Source of the DNA: an uncultured Verrucomicrobiae bacterium
Lineage (GTDB): Bacteria > Chlamydiota > Chlamydiia > Chlamydiales > Rhabdochlamydiaceae
Reading direction: 5' to 3'
Assembly (NCBI GenBank): GCA_963731265.1
Contig: CAVSUE010000001.1
Location: forward strand, 864,997 to 928,996
DNA: 64,000 nucleotides
A program made the position numbers and the translations under genes. Each line of letters opens with the position of its first letter. Position 1 is the stretch's first letter. Positions 37,318-48,306 of the stretch are shown piece by piece. The notes beneath the pieces were generated by a model that saw only the letters and a program-made list of their open reading frames with translations, made no database searches and was not told the origin of the DNA.

Positions 37318-39498
37318 ATGCATTTGCGCAAAGGTAAAGCAGAACTTTCTGTGATTGAAGCGGTCGATAATCTGTCCCACATGGCAGAAGTGGATGTGAC
37401 TACCCCTCAAGAATCTGAAAAGCCCCTCGAGCTGACGGAAGAACAGCTCGCCGAGAGAATGCATCTTCATTCCTGGCATGATCCAGAATATCACAAGTAC
37501 AATCAGGGTAGAATTCGAGAGACATTTCAGGCGCTCCACAAATATTTAAAAGATCTCTACGAAAAGGACAAAGGGCAGCTTAGAGATGAAGAAACGCAAA
37601 GAGGGATCCAGGCGATGATGCTCCTGGCAGGGGAGGCCGCGCAAAAGATCGACAATTTCACCGACATCTTCAAACAAGAAGGGGAAAGCGTCACCGAGCT
37701 CAAGGAATATAAAGAGCTGCAGCAATTTTATCTCACCAAAGTTGTTCAGCGGTTCCAAAAGACCGTCGAATCTGAAGAAAAGTGGCAGGAAGAATGGGGC
37801 GCCGGCGTCAGCGAAGAGAAGATCGGCGTTCAAAAGGGAGGGCTCAAAAATTTGGAGTCGGTCCGCCAGGATAAAGAATATGAACTGTTTTTCATGCGGA
37901 ATGAATCCGGCCGCCCTTTTTTCAACCGATCCCTTTTGCACCACATCCAATTGATTGGACAATTCGATTTCATGCTCCGCGATATGACCCGTGAAAATCC
38001 TTTTTTACGGATTCCGATGATCCTGGACAGGGATGCGCATTCCTCTGCAAAAGAAGTGCTCCATCTCGTTTCGCCCTACATCGGCGAGTATTTCAAAGAA
38101 GCCTTGAAATTCAAAAAGATTTCCTTCGTTATCGAGATCAATAAGGCTTTGATGGCATTAATGCTGGCCGCTAATCCCCGCAACCTCATGCAAACGGCAG
38201 CAGGTAAATGCTGTTTAAATTATTATACTGACTTCCATAGTTATTTGCGCAGCGGCCTTCAATCCAAAGAATACTTGCGTTTCATCGCCAATCCTCCCGA
38301 CCTTTCGGAACATTTTCTCCATACACTTGTCAACTTGACGCATGTGCTCTCCGCCTCTTTCTTCTTAAGAGGGATGTCCAAAAAAGACATGAACGCCTTC
38401 ATCCACATGCTGATCGAAAAGGGGGCAGAGGGAACAATCGAACAAAAACCCACAGGATCACCGTTGTCCTTCTGGAATACTCTTTTGGATCAAGACAACG
38501 ATATCCGCCGTACATTGAAGCAATACCCCAATGGACCGTTGATGACGACGTTGCGGCTTTTCAGCAAAGACAAGCAGCTGACAGGCTTTGACCCTCTTTC
38601 GCAGCTCGATTTTCCCGGTTTGCTGTACACGATTACAGGCGATGATTTGCATATCAGCTGCATTAAGCTGCCATCGCCCACTTTCCAGGAGAAGATCGAT
38701 TCTGCGCAACCTACAGAAGAGTTTCGCGGCTTTCTGCGGTCGATCGGATCGCAGAAACGGAACCAGCGCTATCTGCTCATCAATCTTCAGGACCGCACTT
38801 CCAGCCATGAAATGCCCCGCTGCATGGCCATCGAGGAAGTGCAAAAAATTGAGGAATTTATCGATACGCTGATGGTCGTGACGCTTCCCAAAAACGCTGA
38901 CTTTTACCTTCAATCGGGCCCTTATTTCGACCTCAATGATGCCAAGGAGTTCAAAGGTCAGTTAAAAGAGCAGATCGCCAGCGCCGAGCAGTGCGGATTT
39001 TACCTTCCTCCCGGGATCGACAAAAAGGCGATTCTCAAATTCACCGAGGGGGCTTTAGACACCATCCATCAAATCTTTTTCGGAGACAAAGGTAACCTGG
39101 TGCATAAAAATCGGCTCGATTTCATCGAGATTTTCTATTTGCTCTTCATGTTGAAGCTGATCGAAGAGTTTAAACCGGATATCTTAAGCTTCACTTGTAA
39201 AGATGCGATCGATACGGGCGCGGCAGCCAGCACCGCATTTTTTGCTTTCCTGAGGATGATGAACTCGACCTCCAAATGGTCGAAAGATGAGACAGACTTC
39301 GTCTTGTGGATGCTCTATTCCCCAGCCTTATCTGCGCGGGAGCGAGCGATCGATAATCAGCGCTTAAACCGTATGGTCAGCGCGCTATCTGTAGTCAACG
39401 CTGAGCTTGAAGCCCATTATCAAGATACTGTAAACGCTTGCAGCAAGCTGTACAAGCTTGCTTTCTTCAAAGGCCTCACTGTCCAAGAGGCTGAGTAA
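37318..39498 (+). CDS. Chlamydiae-type large hypothetical protein with CX5R-like motif (CKDAIDT)
   Basis: Long ORF; LINLQDRT; SFTCKDAIDTG near the C-terminus. Confidence 0.75.
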   Translation: MHLRKGKAELSVIEAVDNLSHMAEVDVTTPQESEKPLELTEEQLAERMHLHSWHDPEYHKYNQGRIRETFQALHKYLKDLYEKDKGQLRDEETQRGIQAMMLLAGEAAQKIDNFTDIFKQEGESVTELKEYKELQQFYLTKVVQRFQKTVESEEKWQEEWGAGVSEEKIGVQKGGLKNLESVRQDKEYELFFMRNESGRPFFNRSLLHHIQLIGQFDFMLRDMTRENPFLRIPMILDRDAHSSAKEVLHLVSPYIGEYFKEALKFKKISFVIEINKALMALMLAANPRNLMQTAAGKCCLNYYTDFHSYLRSGLQSKEYLRFIANPPDLSEHFLHTLVNLTHVLSASFFLRGMSKKDMNAFIHMLIEKGAEGTIEQKPTGSPLSFWNTLLDQDNDIRRTLKQYPNGPLMTTLRLFSKDKQLTGFDPLSQLDFPGLLYTITGDDLHISCIKLPSPTFQEKIDSAQPTEEFRGFLRSIGSQKRNQRYLLINLQDRTSSHEMPRCMAIEEVQKIEEFIDTLMVVTLPKNADFYLQSGPYFDLNDAKEFKGQLKEQIASAEQCGFYLPPGIDKKAILKFTEGALDTIHQIFFGDKGNLVHKNRLDFIEIFYLLFMLKLIEEFKPDILSFTCKDAIDTGAAASTAFFAFLRMMNSTSKWSKDETDFVLWMLYSPALSARERAIDNQRLNRMVSALSVVNAELEAHYQDTVNACSKLYKLAFFKGLTVQEAE

Positions 39499-39872
39499 TT
39501 TATACCGCACTCCGGCCGTCTGCAAAAATGACCCTTCTCGCTTGCGACCACTTCGCTGCGTCCACTGGACTTTAGTTCCGAACGTTCCGCTTCGATTTTC
39601 TTTGCCTCAGAGTCCAAATTCACAAAACTTTCCTGCTCTCGATTTACCCCTTTTCGCTGAATTTAAATTAATTTTTTTATTATATAAATCCACAGGTCCA
39701 CCTCTTCCTCATGATGTCCTCAGGTAATTATTTTTTTATTATGAATATAACGTCGAATTAGTTATAATCTATAACAGAATTTTAAAATAATGTTGTTTTA
39801 GGATTAAACCGCCTTTTTCCTGAACAATGGAGATCAAGTTAATTTTCCATAAAAAATATCATCGAGGTTTAT

Positions 39873-40832
39873 ATGAGTTTTGTACACATTCAGGGTATTC
39901 AGGTTCCAGAATCTACTAGAATCAAAGAAGACCTGCTTCTTTCAAATGATCTCTTAAACACGGTCAACCGTTCCTTAAAAACCCATGCCATGGGTGGGAA
40001 TAAGGTAGATAAGCATTTTACTGGCCTTGACATTGATAGAATTATCCATATTTACAATCGAAACGTCAATTACATTAATTGTAAATGCAAAAATTTCAAA
40101 TTGGAGTACTTCCAAACGTTTGAACAGTATCACAATTCTCATTCTAATCTTAATCTAACTGACGCGCGCGACAACTACGAAGATTTGAAGACGATAGAAT
40201 ATGTAAAATTCTTAGATAATTGGGATGAAGTTCGTCAGTTGGCTCAAGCGGGATTTCTTCATCTAGATTTGAAAGTGAAAATTGAAAAAGCGATTCAACG
40301 AATTGTTGCGCTAGATTTGTATCCTGCAGATCTATTTCCCCCATTAGAGATTCCATTAGAGAAGGCTTTGATTTATGCGTACGATAATAATTATGGTTGG
40401 AATCCTCGACCTCAGCTACGGCATCTAGACTATGAATCAAAATTAAAAAACCTTATGCACACAAAAGAGCTTCCGCGTGAAAGTTCCTCCACCTCTAAGA
40501 CATCCTCTTCTGACCAAACAGTTACGACGGAAAGCAGCCAGCCTCTGGTCGAAACTTCTAAGACTAGCCCTGCCACTGTTTCTGCTCATATCGAATGTAA
40601 TGTTAAAAAAGGAGTTCTGGGAATCTGCCACGAACCTTCTTGGATCGAGCAGCCTGTTCTTTTTTCCCCTACCGAAAAAGGGTGGTCAGGCCAAATTCCC
40701 GTCGGCATAGATTTCAAATTCGTGATCGTTGAAAATGGTAAAGTCAATCAATGGGAGATAGGATTAAATCGCTGTTTAACGGCTGAAAATGCTTCTATTT
40801 TGTTGAGTGCCGATCAAGTCAAATTCGATTAA
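39873..40832 (+). CDS. Hypothetical protein with C-terminal CBM20-like carbohydrate-binding module; candidate effector
   Basis: GAGG RBS; S/T linker; [17 protein letters not shown]. Confidence 0.65.
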   Translation: MSFVHIQGIQVPESTRIKEDLLLSNDLLNTVNRSLKTHAMGGNKVDKHFTGLDIDRIIHIYNRNVNYINCKCKNFKLEYFQTFEQYHNSHSNLNLTDARDNYEDLKTIEYVKFLDNWDEVRQLAQAGFLHLDLKVKIEKAIQRIVALDLYPADLFPPLEIPLEKALIYAYDNNYGWNPRPQLRHLDYESKLKNLMHTKELPRESSSTSKTSSSDQTVTTESSQPLVETSKTSPATVSAHIECNVKKGVLGICHEPSWIEQPVLFSPTEKGWSGQIPVGIDFKFVIVENGKVNQWEIGLNRCLTAENASILLSADQVKFD

Positions 40833-41398
40833 TTTAAGCTCAAATCTTCCGGGATCATCGAAAGGGTGGCGTACTTGCCACCCATTTCTCGAAGGATATT
40901 CTGCCAGATCTTTTCCGGAGGAGTCTCGAAGACGTGCTTTGCGCTTCCGGGATGCAAGAACCAATTTCCGCTTAAGAATTCCCGTTCCAGTTGGCCGGTT
41001 CCCCACCCGCAATAGCCGAAGCAGAGGCGGACAGCAGGCCCGTTCGCATCGCTGACGGCTTCTTGGAGGAACTGGAGGTCTCCGCCCAAATAGACACCAT
41101 CGCAAAGCTTCAAGGTCTGATCCGGAAGAGTGTCTGAGGAATGCAATAGCATCATTTGGTTCGGCTGGATGGGGCCCCCGGCGCGGATTTGGACATTAGG
41201 ATTGGTGAATTCTTTGGAGTTGACGATCTCCTCGGGGAGTTCCACTTCCAAGTTCTTATTGATGATCAAGCCAAAAGATCCCGCGGCGCTATGCTCGCAT
41301 ACGACCACGACGGTGCGGAAATAGATTCCCGTATCGAAATCAGGACTAGCGACGAGAAAGGAACCCTTCGTTAAGTGTGTATAAGGGATTGATTCCAT
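40829..41398 (-). CDS. YqgE/AlgH (UPF0301) family protein
   Basis: [45 protein letters not shown]. Confidence 0.93.
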   Translation of the reverse strand: MESIPYTHLTKGSFLVASPDFDTGIYFRTVVVVCEHSAAGSFGLIINKNLEVELPEEIVNSKEFTNPNVQIRAGGPIQPNQMMLLHSSDTLPDQTLKLCDGVYLGGDLQFLQEAVSDANGPAVRLCFGYCGWGTGQLEREFLSGNWFLHPGSAKHVFETPPEKIWQNILREMGGKYATLSMIPEDLSLN

Positions 41399-41408
41399 AG
41401 TTTTATAT

Positions 41409-42617
41409 TTAAGGATCGTTTCGGGCATCCATCAATTGTTGGTTATAGAGTCTTAAATTGTCTGAGAGTTCTTCGGACATGCGAAGGAGCTCGCGGAAAT
41501 CTTTGAGAAATTGGTCGTCGCTCAAAATTTCTTCTTTTTTCGGGCTGCGCTCGGCGCGTTCGATCAAGATCGAAAGCCGTTCCATCGACACATTGATATC
41601 ACCTACTTCACTTTCGAAATACTTTTTAAATCCTTGAGGAGTGTCCAAAGCATTGATCTGGGTGATTTTTTGTAGGCGCTGACGCTGCCAACTCTTGTTC
41701 TGATAGAATAAGAGGCCGTAGTTGTTGATGTCGCTCATCAATGTGTCGACTTTGCTTAGCACAGAGTTTAAATGCAGATAGAAATTCTCGTCTGTGACGA
41801 GTTTTCCCAAGGTTCCTTTGCCATCGGCGATGTCCTCCGTGATCAATTGAATGTTATGCGAAGCGCTCTTTAAGTTTTTGATCATACAGCCGGCGTTGAC
41901 AAAGACGTCGCCCTGCTTCAATTGGGTAATGGCATCATGGACATCGTCTAAAGTAGTCGTGAATTGATTGAGCGCAGTTTTTGCATCATCCAGAATGCCT
42001 TCTTCGTTGATGGTGTGGACCGCGCATTGGATCTCATCCATTGCTCCGCCGAAAGAGCGCACGGCATCACCCATGTCTTCGCCATTGTTTTGGATCCAGC
42101 AGGAGAGCTGTTGGAAAGTCTTTTGCATATCCGAGGCGAGATTGCTGATTTCAGTGAAGGCCCGCTCAAGAGGATCGACCGATTCCGCATAAATCGGCTG
42201 CCCGTCAGAGATTAATCGGGGAACGACTCCTTTGGGCGGGACTTTGGGAATGATCGCAATCGATTTTTCCCCAAGCAATCCTGATGTCTGAATGGTCACT
42301 TCATCGGTGTCGTAGACTTTAACGCTAGAATCGACTTTGAGCACGAGCTGATAATAATAGATTTCCCCGATCACATCGGCAATCGGTTTTAGACGGGCAT
42401 TGGGGATCGGTTCGATAGCGACGACCTCGCCCACGGGCTTTCCAGCGAACAGGACGCGTGTTCCGATGTTGATCTGGTTGACGTTGGAGAAACGCACATA
42501 CAATGTTTCTTTCGCATTGCCCACGGTGGGCTTGAGAAATAAGATTAACCAGATAATCACAGCGCAGGCAGCGATGACAAAGACACCGATCAACATATTC
42601 TTGGTCTGTTCACCCAT
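41409..42617 (-). CDS. mlaD: MlaD/MCE family protein
   Basis: [41 protein letters not shown]. Confidence 0.88.
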   Translation of the reverse strand: MGEQTKNMLIGVFVIAACAVIIWLILFLKPTVGNAKETLYVRFSNVNQINIGTRVLFAGKPVGEVVAIEPIPNARLKPIADVIGEIYYYQLVLKVDSSVKVYDTDEVTIQTSGLLGEKSIAIIPKVPPKGVVPRLISDGQPIYAESVDPLERAFTEISNLASDMQKTFQQLSCWIQNNGEDMGDAVRSFGGAMDEIQCAVHTINEEGILDDAKTALNQFTTTLDDVHDAITQLKQGDVFVNAGCMIKNLKSASHNIQLITEDIADGKGTLGKLVTDENFYLHLNSVLSKVDTLMSDINNYGLLFYQNKSWQRQRLQKITQINALDTPQGFKKYFESEVGDINVSMERLSILIERAERSPKKEEILSDDQFLKDFRELLRMSEELSDNLRLYNQQLMDARNDP

Positions 42618-43392
42618 GGTGGTTTTTCTCCTTAAGCTTTCTGGGGTCAATAGAAATCGTCGCGTAGAACTGTTTGATCAACGGATCATCGATCTCGATA
42701 AAATGAGCCGGATCAGTTATATGGGCGATTTTACCATCTCGGATCAATGCCAATCTATCTCCTACATAGAGTGCTGAAAACATATCATGCGTGACGACGA
42801 TGCTTGTGGCTTTGAGCTCTTCTTTTGTTTTCACGATTAGTTCATTGATTTGCATGCCGATGATCGGGTCTAGCCCCGTCGTAGGTTCGTCATACAGAAT
42901 GATTTTTGGCCGGTAGACGATGAGCCGCGCCAAGGCAGCTCTTTTGCGCATCCCGCCGGACAGCTCGGAAGGCATTTTATTTTGCGTGCCTTCGAGTCCA
43001 ACGAGTTCAAGGGCATGGTCGACCCTGTCCGAGATCTCCTGTTTGCTCAATTTTTTGCCGGTTTCAGGATCGCCGTGTTGTATCAGATAGAATCCCGTAT
43101 TTTCTTCCACGTCCATCGAATCGAATAAAGCGGCGCCTTGAAAGAGCATCCCCATATCTTGCACAGCTTTGAATAATTCCGGACCCGATAAATCGGTGAT
43201 CCGGATGTCATTGACATCTACAGTGCCTTTATCAGGTTTAATCAGACCAATGATGTGTTTGAGAAGGACGCTTTTGCCAATTCCGGAATGCCCCAGGATA
43301 ACCAGTGTTTCTCCTTCTTGTATGTCTAGATTCAGACCTGCGAGCACTTGATTTTTGCCGAAACGTTTCCACAGATCCGTAATTTTTATCAT
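42610..43392 (-). CDS. mlaF: MlaF-type ABC ATP-binding protein
   Basis: GHSGIGKS; LSGGMRKRAALAR; LYDEPTTGLDP. Confidence 0.92.
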   Translation of the reverse strand: MIKITDLWKRFGKNQVLAGLNLDIQEGETLVILGHSGIGKSVLLKHIIGLIKPDKGTVDVNDIRITDLSGPELFKAVQDMGMLFQGAALFDSMDVEENTGFYLIQHGDPETGKKLSKQEISDRVDHALELVGLEGTQNKMPSELSGGMRKRAALARLIVYRPKIILYDEPTTGLDPIIGMQINELIVKTKEELKATSIVVTHDMFSALYVGDRLALIRDGKIAHITDPAHFIEIDDPLIKQFYATISIDPRKLKEKNHHG

Positions 43393-44216
43393 TTAAACCT
43401 TGTGATTACAGCGCGGATAACATTGAGAGCAAGAGTAAGGAAAAAATTCGTCAACAAGATAGCAACATAGGTGACTACCACGCTGTTTGTCGTGGCGCGT
43501 CCGACTCCTGCAGCGCCGCCCGATGTGCGTAACCCCTTATAGCAGGCGATTGTCATGATCAAAATACCAAAGATGAACCCTTTGACAAGCCCTGTAAAGA
43601 AATCGAAGTATTTGACATGGATGGGGATCGGGCTCATGTAAGTATTGGGCGCCATCCCAAAATAATAGACCGATATCAAATAGCCTCCAAAAATCCCCAT
43701 CACGATGCAAAAAACAGTGAGCAAAGGCATCATAAAAATGCCCGCAATAAACCGGGGGGCAATCAGATAGCGGTGAGGGTTGATGGCCATGGTTTGCAGG
43801 GCGTCGATCTGCTCGGTGACCAGCATCGTCCCCAGCTCAGCGCACATCGCAGCTCCGACGCGGCCCGTCACCATGAATCCAGTCAATACCGGCCCAAGTT
43901 CTGTCATCATCGCTTCGGTCACCATTAGCCCCGTGACGGAAGTCAGCCCTTTGTCCGACAATTGGTAAATCGATTGGGCGGCAAGCACAAGCCCCGTCGA
44001 AAAGCCCGTGATCGCCACGACAGGCAATGAAGCAACCCCTATATCGTACAGCTGCTTGAAGATGAGTTTGACACGCGGCGGCCGCAGCATCGTCGCCTTG
44101 AAGACGTTCAAAATGAGAGTCATCCATTCGCCCACCGAGATGACCAATCTTAAACGGGTCATCAAGAGCTGGCGAAAAGTATGGTTGTTATTATTATTCG
44201 CTGTTTCAATTTCCAT
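43389..44216 (-). CDS. mlaE: MlaE-type ABC permease
   Basis: ELGPVLTGFMVTGRVGAAMCAELGTM..TEQIDAL; GVGRATT.SVV. Confidence 0.92.
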   Translation of the reverse strand: MEIETANNNNNHTFRQLLMTRLRLVISVGEWMTLILNVFKATMLRPPRVKLIFKQLYDIGVASLPVVAITGFSTGLVLAAQSIYQLSDKGLTSVTGLMVTEAMMTELGPVLTGFMVTGRVGAAMCAELGTMLVTEQIDALQTMAINPHRYLIAPRFIAGIFMMPLLTVFCIVMGIFGGYLISVYYFGMAPNTYMSPIPIHVKYFDFFTGLVKGFIFGILIMTIACYKGLRTSGGAAGVGRATTNSVVVTYVAILLTNFFLTLALNVIRAVITRFK

Positions 44217-44384
44217 AGGGAAGAAAAAAAAGAATAAGCCTTTCCTTACCGGGATTCTATAGGAAGCCCCATTTGGGGTCAAATCAGGACATTACAATGG
44301 TTTTTTTTATTTCGAAAAATTGGATTTTCAATAGACTGCTGACAGTTGAAATTTTGTATAACTTTCAACTGTCAGCAGAGGAGC

Positions 44385-46703
44385 TTATTTTCTAACCAGC
44401 GTTCCATGTCCTGCGACCCGGAACACACCATTGAGATTATGTTTATCTAATAGGCTTTGCAAAATTGTGCGGTTGAAATCGAACCCAGCAGTTTTCCTGA
44501 CCTCGTAAACATCAGCCAAGAACGCGTCACCGTTATACGATCTGACACCAGCGTTGTAGAGGAATTTTTCCATCGTTCTTCTGGAAGCAGAATTGACGTT
44601 TACGCTCTTAACTGGATTTCTATGCTTCTTCAGAGCATACTCTTTAATTTGCGCTCTCGAAGGCGCCATGGTTCCTGGTCCTACATCGGACCCGATATTT
44701 TCTTTTTTGAGCCAATTTGCTGTTCTCTCCACATAGCTTCTATCTGGTCCGCCTCCCATTGAAGCAGATCCAAAAGCATGAATATTTCCATCTCCAGTTT
44801 TGTAACCAATAGGGGTACCCGAATAGGCGTCTTGATTCAATTGCATACTATTCTTGAACTCTTTGGTCGCTTCTTTCAACACGAGATCATCTTGACCGAT
44901 CGAACAAACAAACTGATCGCATTCTAATACAAACGTGTTAGGTATTGCGCTTAGATCCTTGGCTTTAAAATGCAACTGCAGTTTACCAGTCATTGGATCC
45001 TGAATAATTTTTTGCAGTTCGCCGTTCAGTTGCTCCCCACGGCTTGTTGCCGCTGTAGTCGATCGGGATGCTAGTCGGCCATTTCCTACGCTGTCATAAT
45101 TTCTTGCCACCCACTTGACTGAATTTTTTCTATTGGCCTCCGTAAATTCAAGATTTTGTGTTCCTTTATCTTGGTTAAAGAAAGCTTTTCGATAACACGC
45201 TGAAGCAGTTCCCCCACCGCCATAGACGACTATCGATCTGGGGTTGGTGCAATTTTCTTCAGAATCTGTCAGCATGAATTGATTCCCATCGACAATAGGT
45301 GTAAATTTCTTAATATCGTCGAATTGGCTTAATCGATCGAATTCTGCTGTCGGAATAATCGAATATCCGATTTTACTAGCCGGTCCAAGCCCTGTGCAAA
45401 TATCCACGTTATGGGTATAAATTGTTTTTTCCCCATGTGTCGTTGTGATGATCACACGGTATTTACAATCCTGACATTTCCAATCCTGGGGATGTTCGGT
45501 TCGCTTCTGAATACTCGTAAAGGAAGCAGTTAGAACAGGAGCTTGTGTTTTAGCTAAAATGACTTCATTAGCTTGATAAACGTGTCTGCCATTCACAAAA
45601 GCATTTTTTTCATAATTTGTTGTAGTCACATAATCGGAAGGGTTCCATTTAAGTTCAGCACGCTCAAGAAAACTGTGAGGCTGCGCGAGTGTATAATCAT
45701 GACCGAAACACCCCTGATTTTTTGCGATGATCAAAACGTCGGGAATTTCTCCTTGAGATAATTTTTCCTGTGTTTTGTTATGATGCGACTCATAATTTTC
45801 GAGCCAGAGTGTTACTCCTGTATCGCCGGCACCTAAAACTACGCGTGGGACTGTAACAAATTCTTGCGATTTGAGGATTTCGAGAATTCCTTCATTGATC
45901 GATTTTTTGACTTCGTGCGATTTAACTAATCGATCATAACTCCGTGTGATTCGTGAAAGATCATCGGAATCAGGAAGCGCTGAGGCAGAAGCAAATGAGC
46001 TTTTAAATCCATGGCTACCCATATCCTCTTCTGTGAAAACAATGCTTAGATCAGTGGCGTGGTTATAGGCTTTAAGCGCTTGCTTAAATATTTCAAAGCA
46101 TTGCTCTTCGGTAAATTGCCGCTTAAAAATTTTGGGTTGTTGATTAATCTCCCTTACCACAAAAGGGAAACGATCTATCAAATCCTCTCTAGTTTTGATG
46201 TTGTAATGGAGTAAGCAGGAACAGATATGGTTAATCTTTACTTGGGAAACATGGGTAGAAGAATTTGATTTTTTTGCCACATTTATTTTTCTTTTCACTC
46301 TTTTGCTTTCTAGATCATCAGCTACTGTCTCAGGATCGGAATAGTATCCATCCAAATTAGCATCAGAAGCCTTCAGTTCAGAATGCTTCCGCCCCCCTCT
46401 TTTACGCTTTTCGGAAAAGACTTCCTGGTCTGAGTCAGAAGCGGTCGAGTCTCGAGAATTCGTCTCACTGGTTTCAGGGCTGCTTCTCGGGGCAACATCG
46501 AGAGTGCTGAGGGGAGCGGAAATAAAACTGGTAATGTTTGGAAATAAATTTTTAATAGGATCAAATTCCGCTTTTTTTGAAGGCGGCAGATTTTCATCAT
46601 GAACCATTCCTTCGTCGTCAGAGCTTGTTTGACTAGAAGAACTGAGATTAGTGGAATAAACCTCGTTTTTTAATGATGATGTATTAAATTCAAAGAATGT
46701 CAT
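44385..46703 (-). CDS. Candidate effector: low-complexity N-terminus, FAD/NAD(P)-binding oxidoreductase-like core, HhH-like C-terminus
   Basis: VVLGAGDTG; IVVYGGGGTA; CDQFVCSIGQ; IHAFG; VNVNSASRRTM; basic clusters KRKRGGRK and KRVKRK. Confidence 0.7.
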   Translation of the reverse strand: MTFFEFNTSSLKNEVYSTNLSSSSQTSSDDEGMVHDENLPPSKKAEFDPIKNLFPNITSFISAPLSTLDVAPRSSPETSETNSRDSTASDSDQEVFSEKRKRGGRKHSELKASDANLDGYYSDPETVADDLESKRVKRKINVAKKSNSSTHVSQVKINHICSCLLHYNIKTREDLIDRFPFVVREINQQPKIFKRQFTEEQCFEIFKQALKAYNHATDLSIVFTEEDMGSHGFKSSFASASALPDSDDLSRITRSYDRLVKSHEVKKSINEGILEILKSQEFVTVPRVVLGAGDTGVTLWLENYESHHNKTQEKLSQGEIPDVLIIAKNQGCFGHDYTLAQPHSFLERAELKWNPSDYVTTTNYEKNAFVNGRHVYQANEVILAKTQAPVLTASFTSIQKRTEHPQDWKCQDCKYRVIITTTHGEKTIYTHNVDICTGLGPASKIGYSIIPTAEFDRLSQFDDIKKFTPIVDGNQFMLTDSEENCTNPRSIVVYGGGGTASACYRKAFFNQDKGTQNLEFTEANRKNSVKWVARNYDSVGNGRLASRSTTAATSRGEQLNGELQKIIQDPMTGKLQLHFKAKDLSAIPNTFVLECDQFVCSIGQDDLVLKEATKEFKNSMQLNQDAYSGTPIGYKTGDGNIHAFGSASMGGGPDRSYVERTANWLKKENIGSDVGPGTMAPSRAQIKEYALKKHRNPVKSVNVNSASRRTMEKFLYNAGVRSYNGDAFLADVYEVRKTAGFDFNRTILQSLLDKHNLNGVFRVAGHGTLVRK

Positions 46704-46901
46704 ATTAAAACTCCTTTTACATTATTACTTATCGAAGTTAATTATACCATTATTAAGATTTTAAATATATTTATTATTTATATAAGTTTTTTAAAGAAAC
46801 GTGATTATTGATAATCAGTTGTTTAGGGAAATTTTAATGCAAGACATTAAAATTCAATGACTTATCAGACTATTGGAATTAAAGTTTTTAGAAAGAGGAA
46901 G

Positions 46902-47702
46902 TTACAAAATGCGCTCAATCTCTGCGAGGGCTTGGGGCGATGAAAGATAATATTCTAGAATAACACGCATTAGCTCATCCCTACCCCAGCGACCATGGCT
47001 ACCGTCACTTCCGCCAGGTCTTGATGTCATGTCGGGGCTGAGATCGATGCTTTTATTTTGGCCATGTAAACTGTAGTAGGGCAACGGTCCAAGTGCATCG
47101 TATCTGATCGTTAAAGCAAAATAGGTGTTTGTCGTCACGGATAGTTCCGCGTGATGCGCCTCCCGGTTTTGGGGGTGGCGGATCAGGGCTTCGAGCTTTT
47201 GCATGGCAGTTTGTTTTAAATTTTCCAGCGCTTGAGGGCCATTCATTTGCATGTAGCAATAGTCTTGCATCCGATTGTATTTGAGGAAAACAACGACTTT
47301 GCTGTCCCGGATAAGATCGGATTCAATGCCGCGCGACGTCCATGACTCACCGTGGCCCGGAGGTTCATCGACTCTGGGGCGGAGCTGGTCCTGAATGTAA
47401 TTTTTCCCCATGCTAACTCTCTGCTCGATCAGCGAGGCAGAAATCGGCCCTGTGGGGATCGTCACTGTTTGAACTGGAAACAAACAGGGAAGACAATATC
47501 TTAACAGCTCTTTTATCCTGGTCCGGATGCCATTGAAGAAAGCCGCAGTTTCGTTAAATTCTTCTTTTGCATTTTCGCGTTGAAGGGTTTCCAACTGGGA
47601 AGGGATAGAGGACAGGCCGCAAGGGATTGAAGGCCTAGAAAGTGAAGATATTTCCAGGGCTGAACGCTGAAGGGTACCCGTAATTCTAAGATCAGTACTC
47701 AT
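46902..47702 (-). CDS. Hypothetical protein downstream of the translocator operon
   Basis: 266-aa ORF co-oriented with the T3SS genes; S/T-rich start. Confidence 0.7.
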   Translation of the reverse strand: MSTDLRITGTLQRSALEISSLSRPSIPCGLSSIPSQLETLQRENAKEEFNETAAFFNGIRTRIKELLRYCLPCLFPVQTVTIPTGPISASLIEQRVSMGKNYIQDQLRPRVDEPPGHGESWTSRGIESDLIRDSKVVVFLKYNRMQDYCYMQMNGPQALENLKQTAMQKLEALIRHPQNREAHHAELSVTTNTYFALTIRYDALGPLPYYSLHGQNKSIDLSPDMTSRPGGSDGSHGRWGRDELMRVILEYYLSSPQALAEIERIL

Positions 47703-47721
47703 TTCTATTCAGCCCTGAAGC

Positions 47722-48291
47722 TTAGGCGCCTTTGGACTTGGAATCTAAGAGGCGGGAAGCTGCCTGTTGTGCCGTTTGCACGTTCTGATCAAATTGCGAC
47801 TTCTTCGCTTGCCCGTCTTGGATATTGACGCGTTCGATAAGTGCTCTCCTGGATTCGATGTCCGTTGTTGTTCCGCGGAACCAGACTTCTACGGGTTGGG
47901 TAACGCCGCCAAAAAATTTGGAGGTTGTTTTGCAGGTCGTCCTCAAAAAATCATTGTCGCTCAATTTTTGCGTGATGGCTTTCAGCGCATTGGAAAAGGG
48001 GTCGGAGTGTCCATCGTGAGCGGCGAGACGTGGATCGACGGTAGGGGCATTCCCATTGGCTGCACCGCTTTTAGGGATCAGGGCTCCTGCAATCGCAAAG
48101 CTTGCGCTTAATGAAGTCAAACACAGTGTGGACCAGCCTTGCCAGTTCAATTCTCCGACGAGATCTTTAGTCATCTCCTGGAAGCGCTCGATATCACGGC
48201 GGACAATGATGAGAAAATCGGAATGCAGGCTTCCCATCGTCTTGGTGAAGTCGGCGATTTCTGCAAATACCTTATTTAGTGCTCCTGACAT
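47722..48291 (-). CDS. T3SS translocator-like protein (CopD2/CT860-like position)
   Basis: One hydrophobic segment, coiled C-terminus, follows the CopB-like gene; GAGG RBS. Confidence 0.65.
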   Translation of the reverse strand: MSGALNKVFAEIADFTKTMGSLHSDFLIIVRRDIERFQEMTKDLVGELNWQGWSTLCLTSLSASFAIAGALIPKSGAANGNAPTVDPRLAAHDGHSDPFSNALKAITQKLSDNDFLRTTCKTTSKFFGGVTQPVEVWFRGTTTDIESRRALIERVNIQDGQAKKSQFDQNVQTAQQAASRLLDSKSKGA

Positions 48292-48306
48292 ATTACCTCT
48301 TAAGTT

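Noticed and set aside
39500-39660. GC-rich intergenic stretch after the 726-aa gene as another MITE
   Set aside because: No matching second terminal repeat found by eye.
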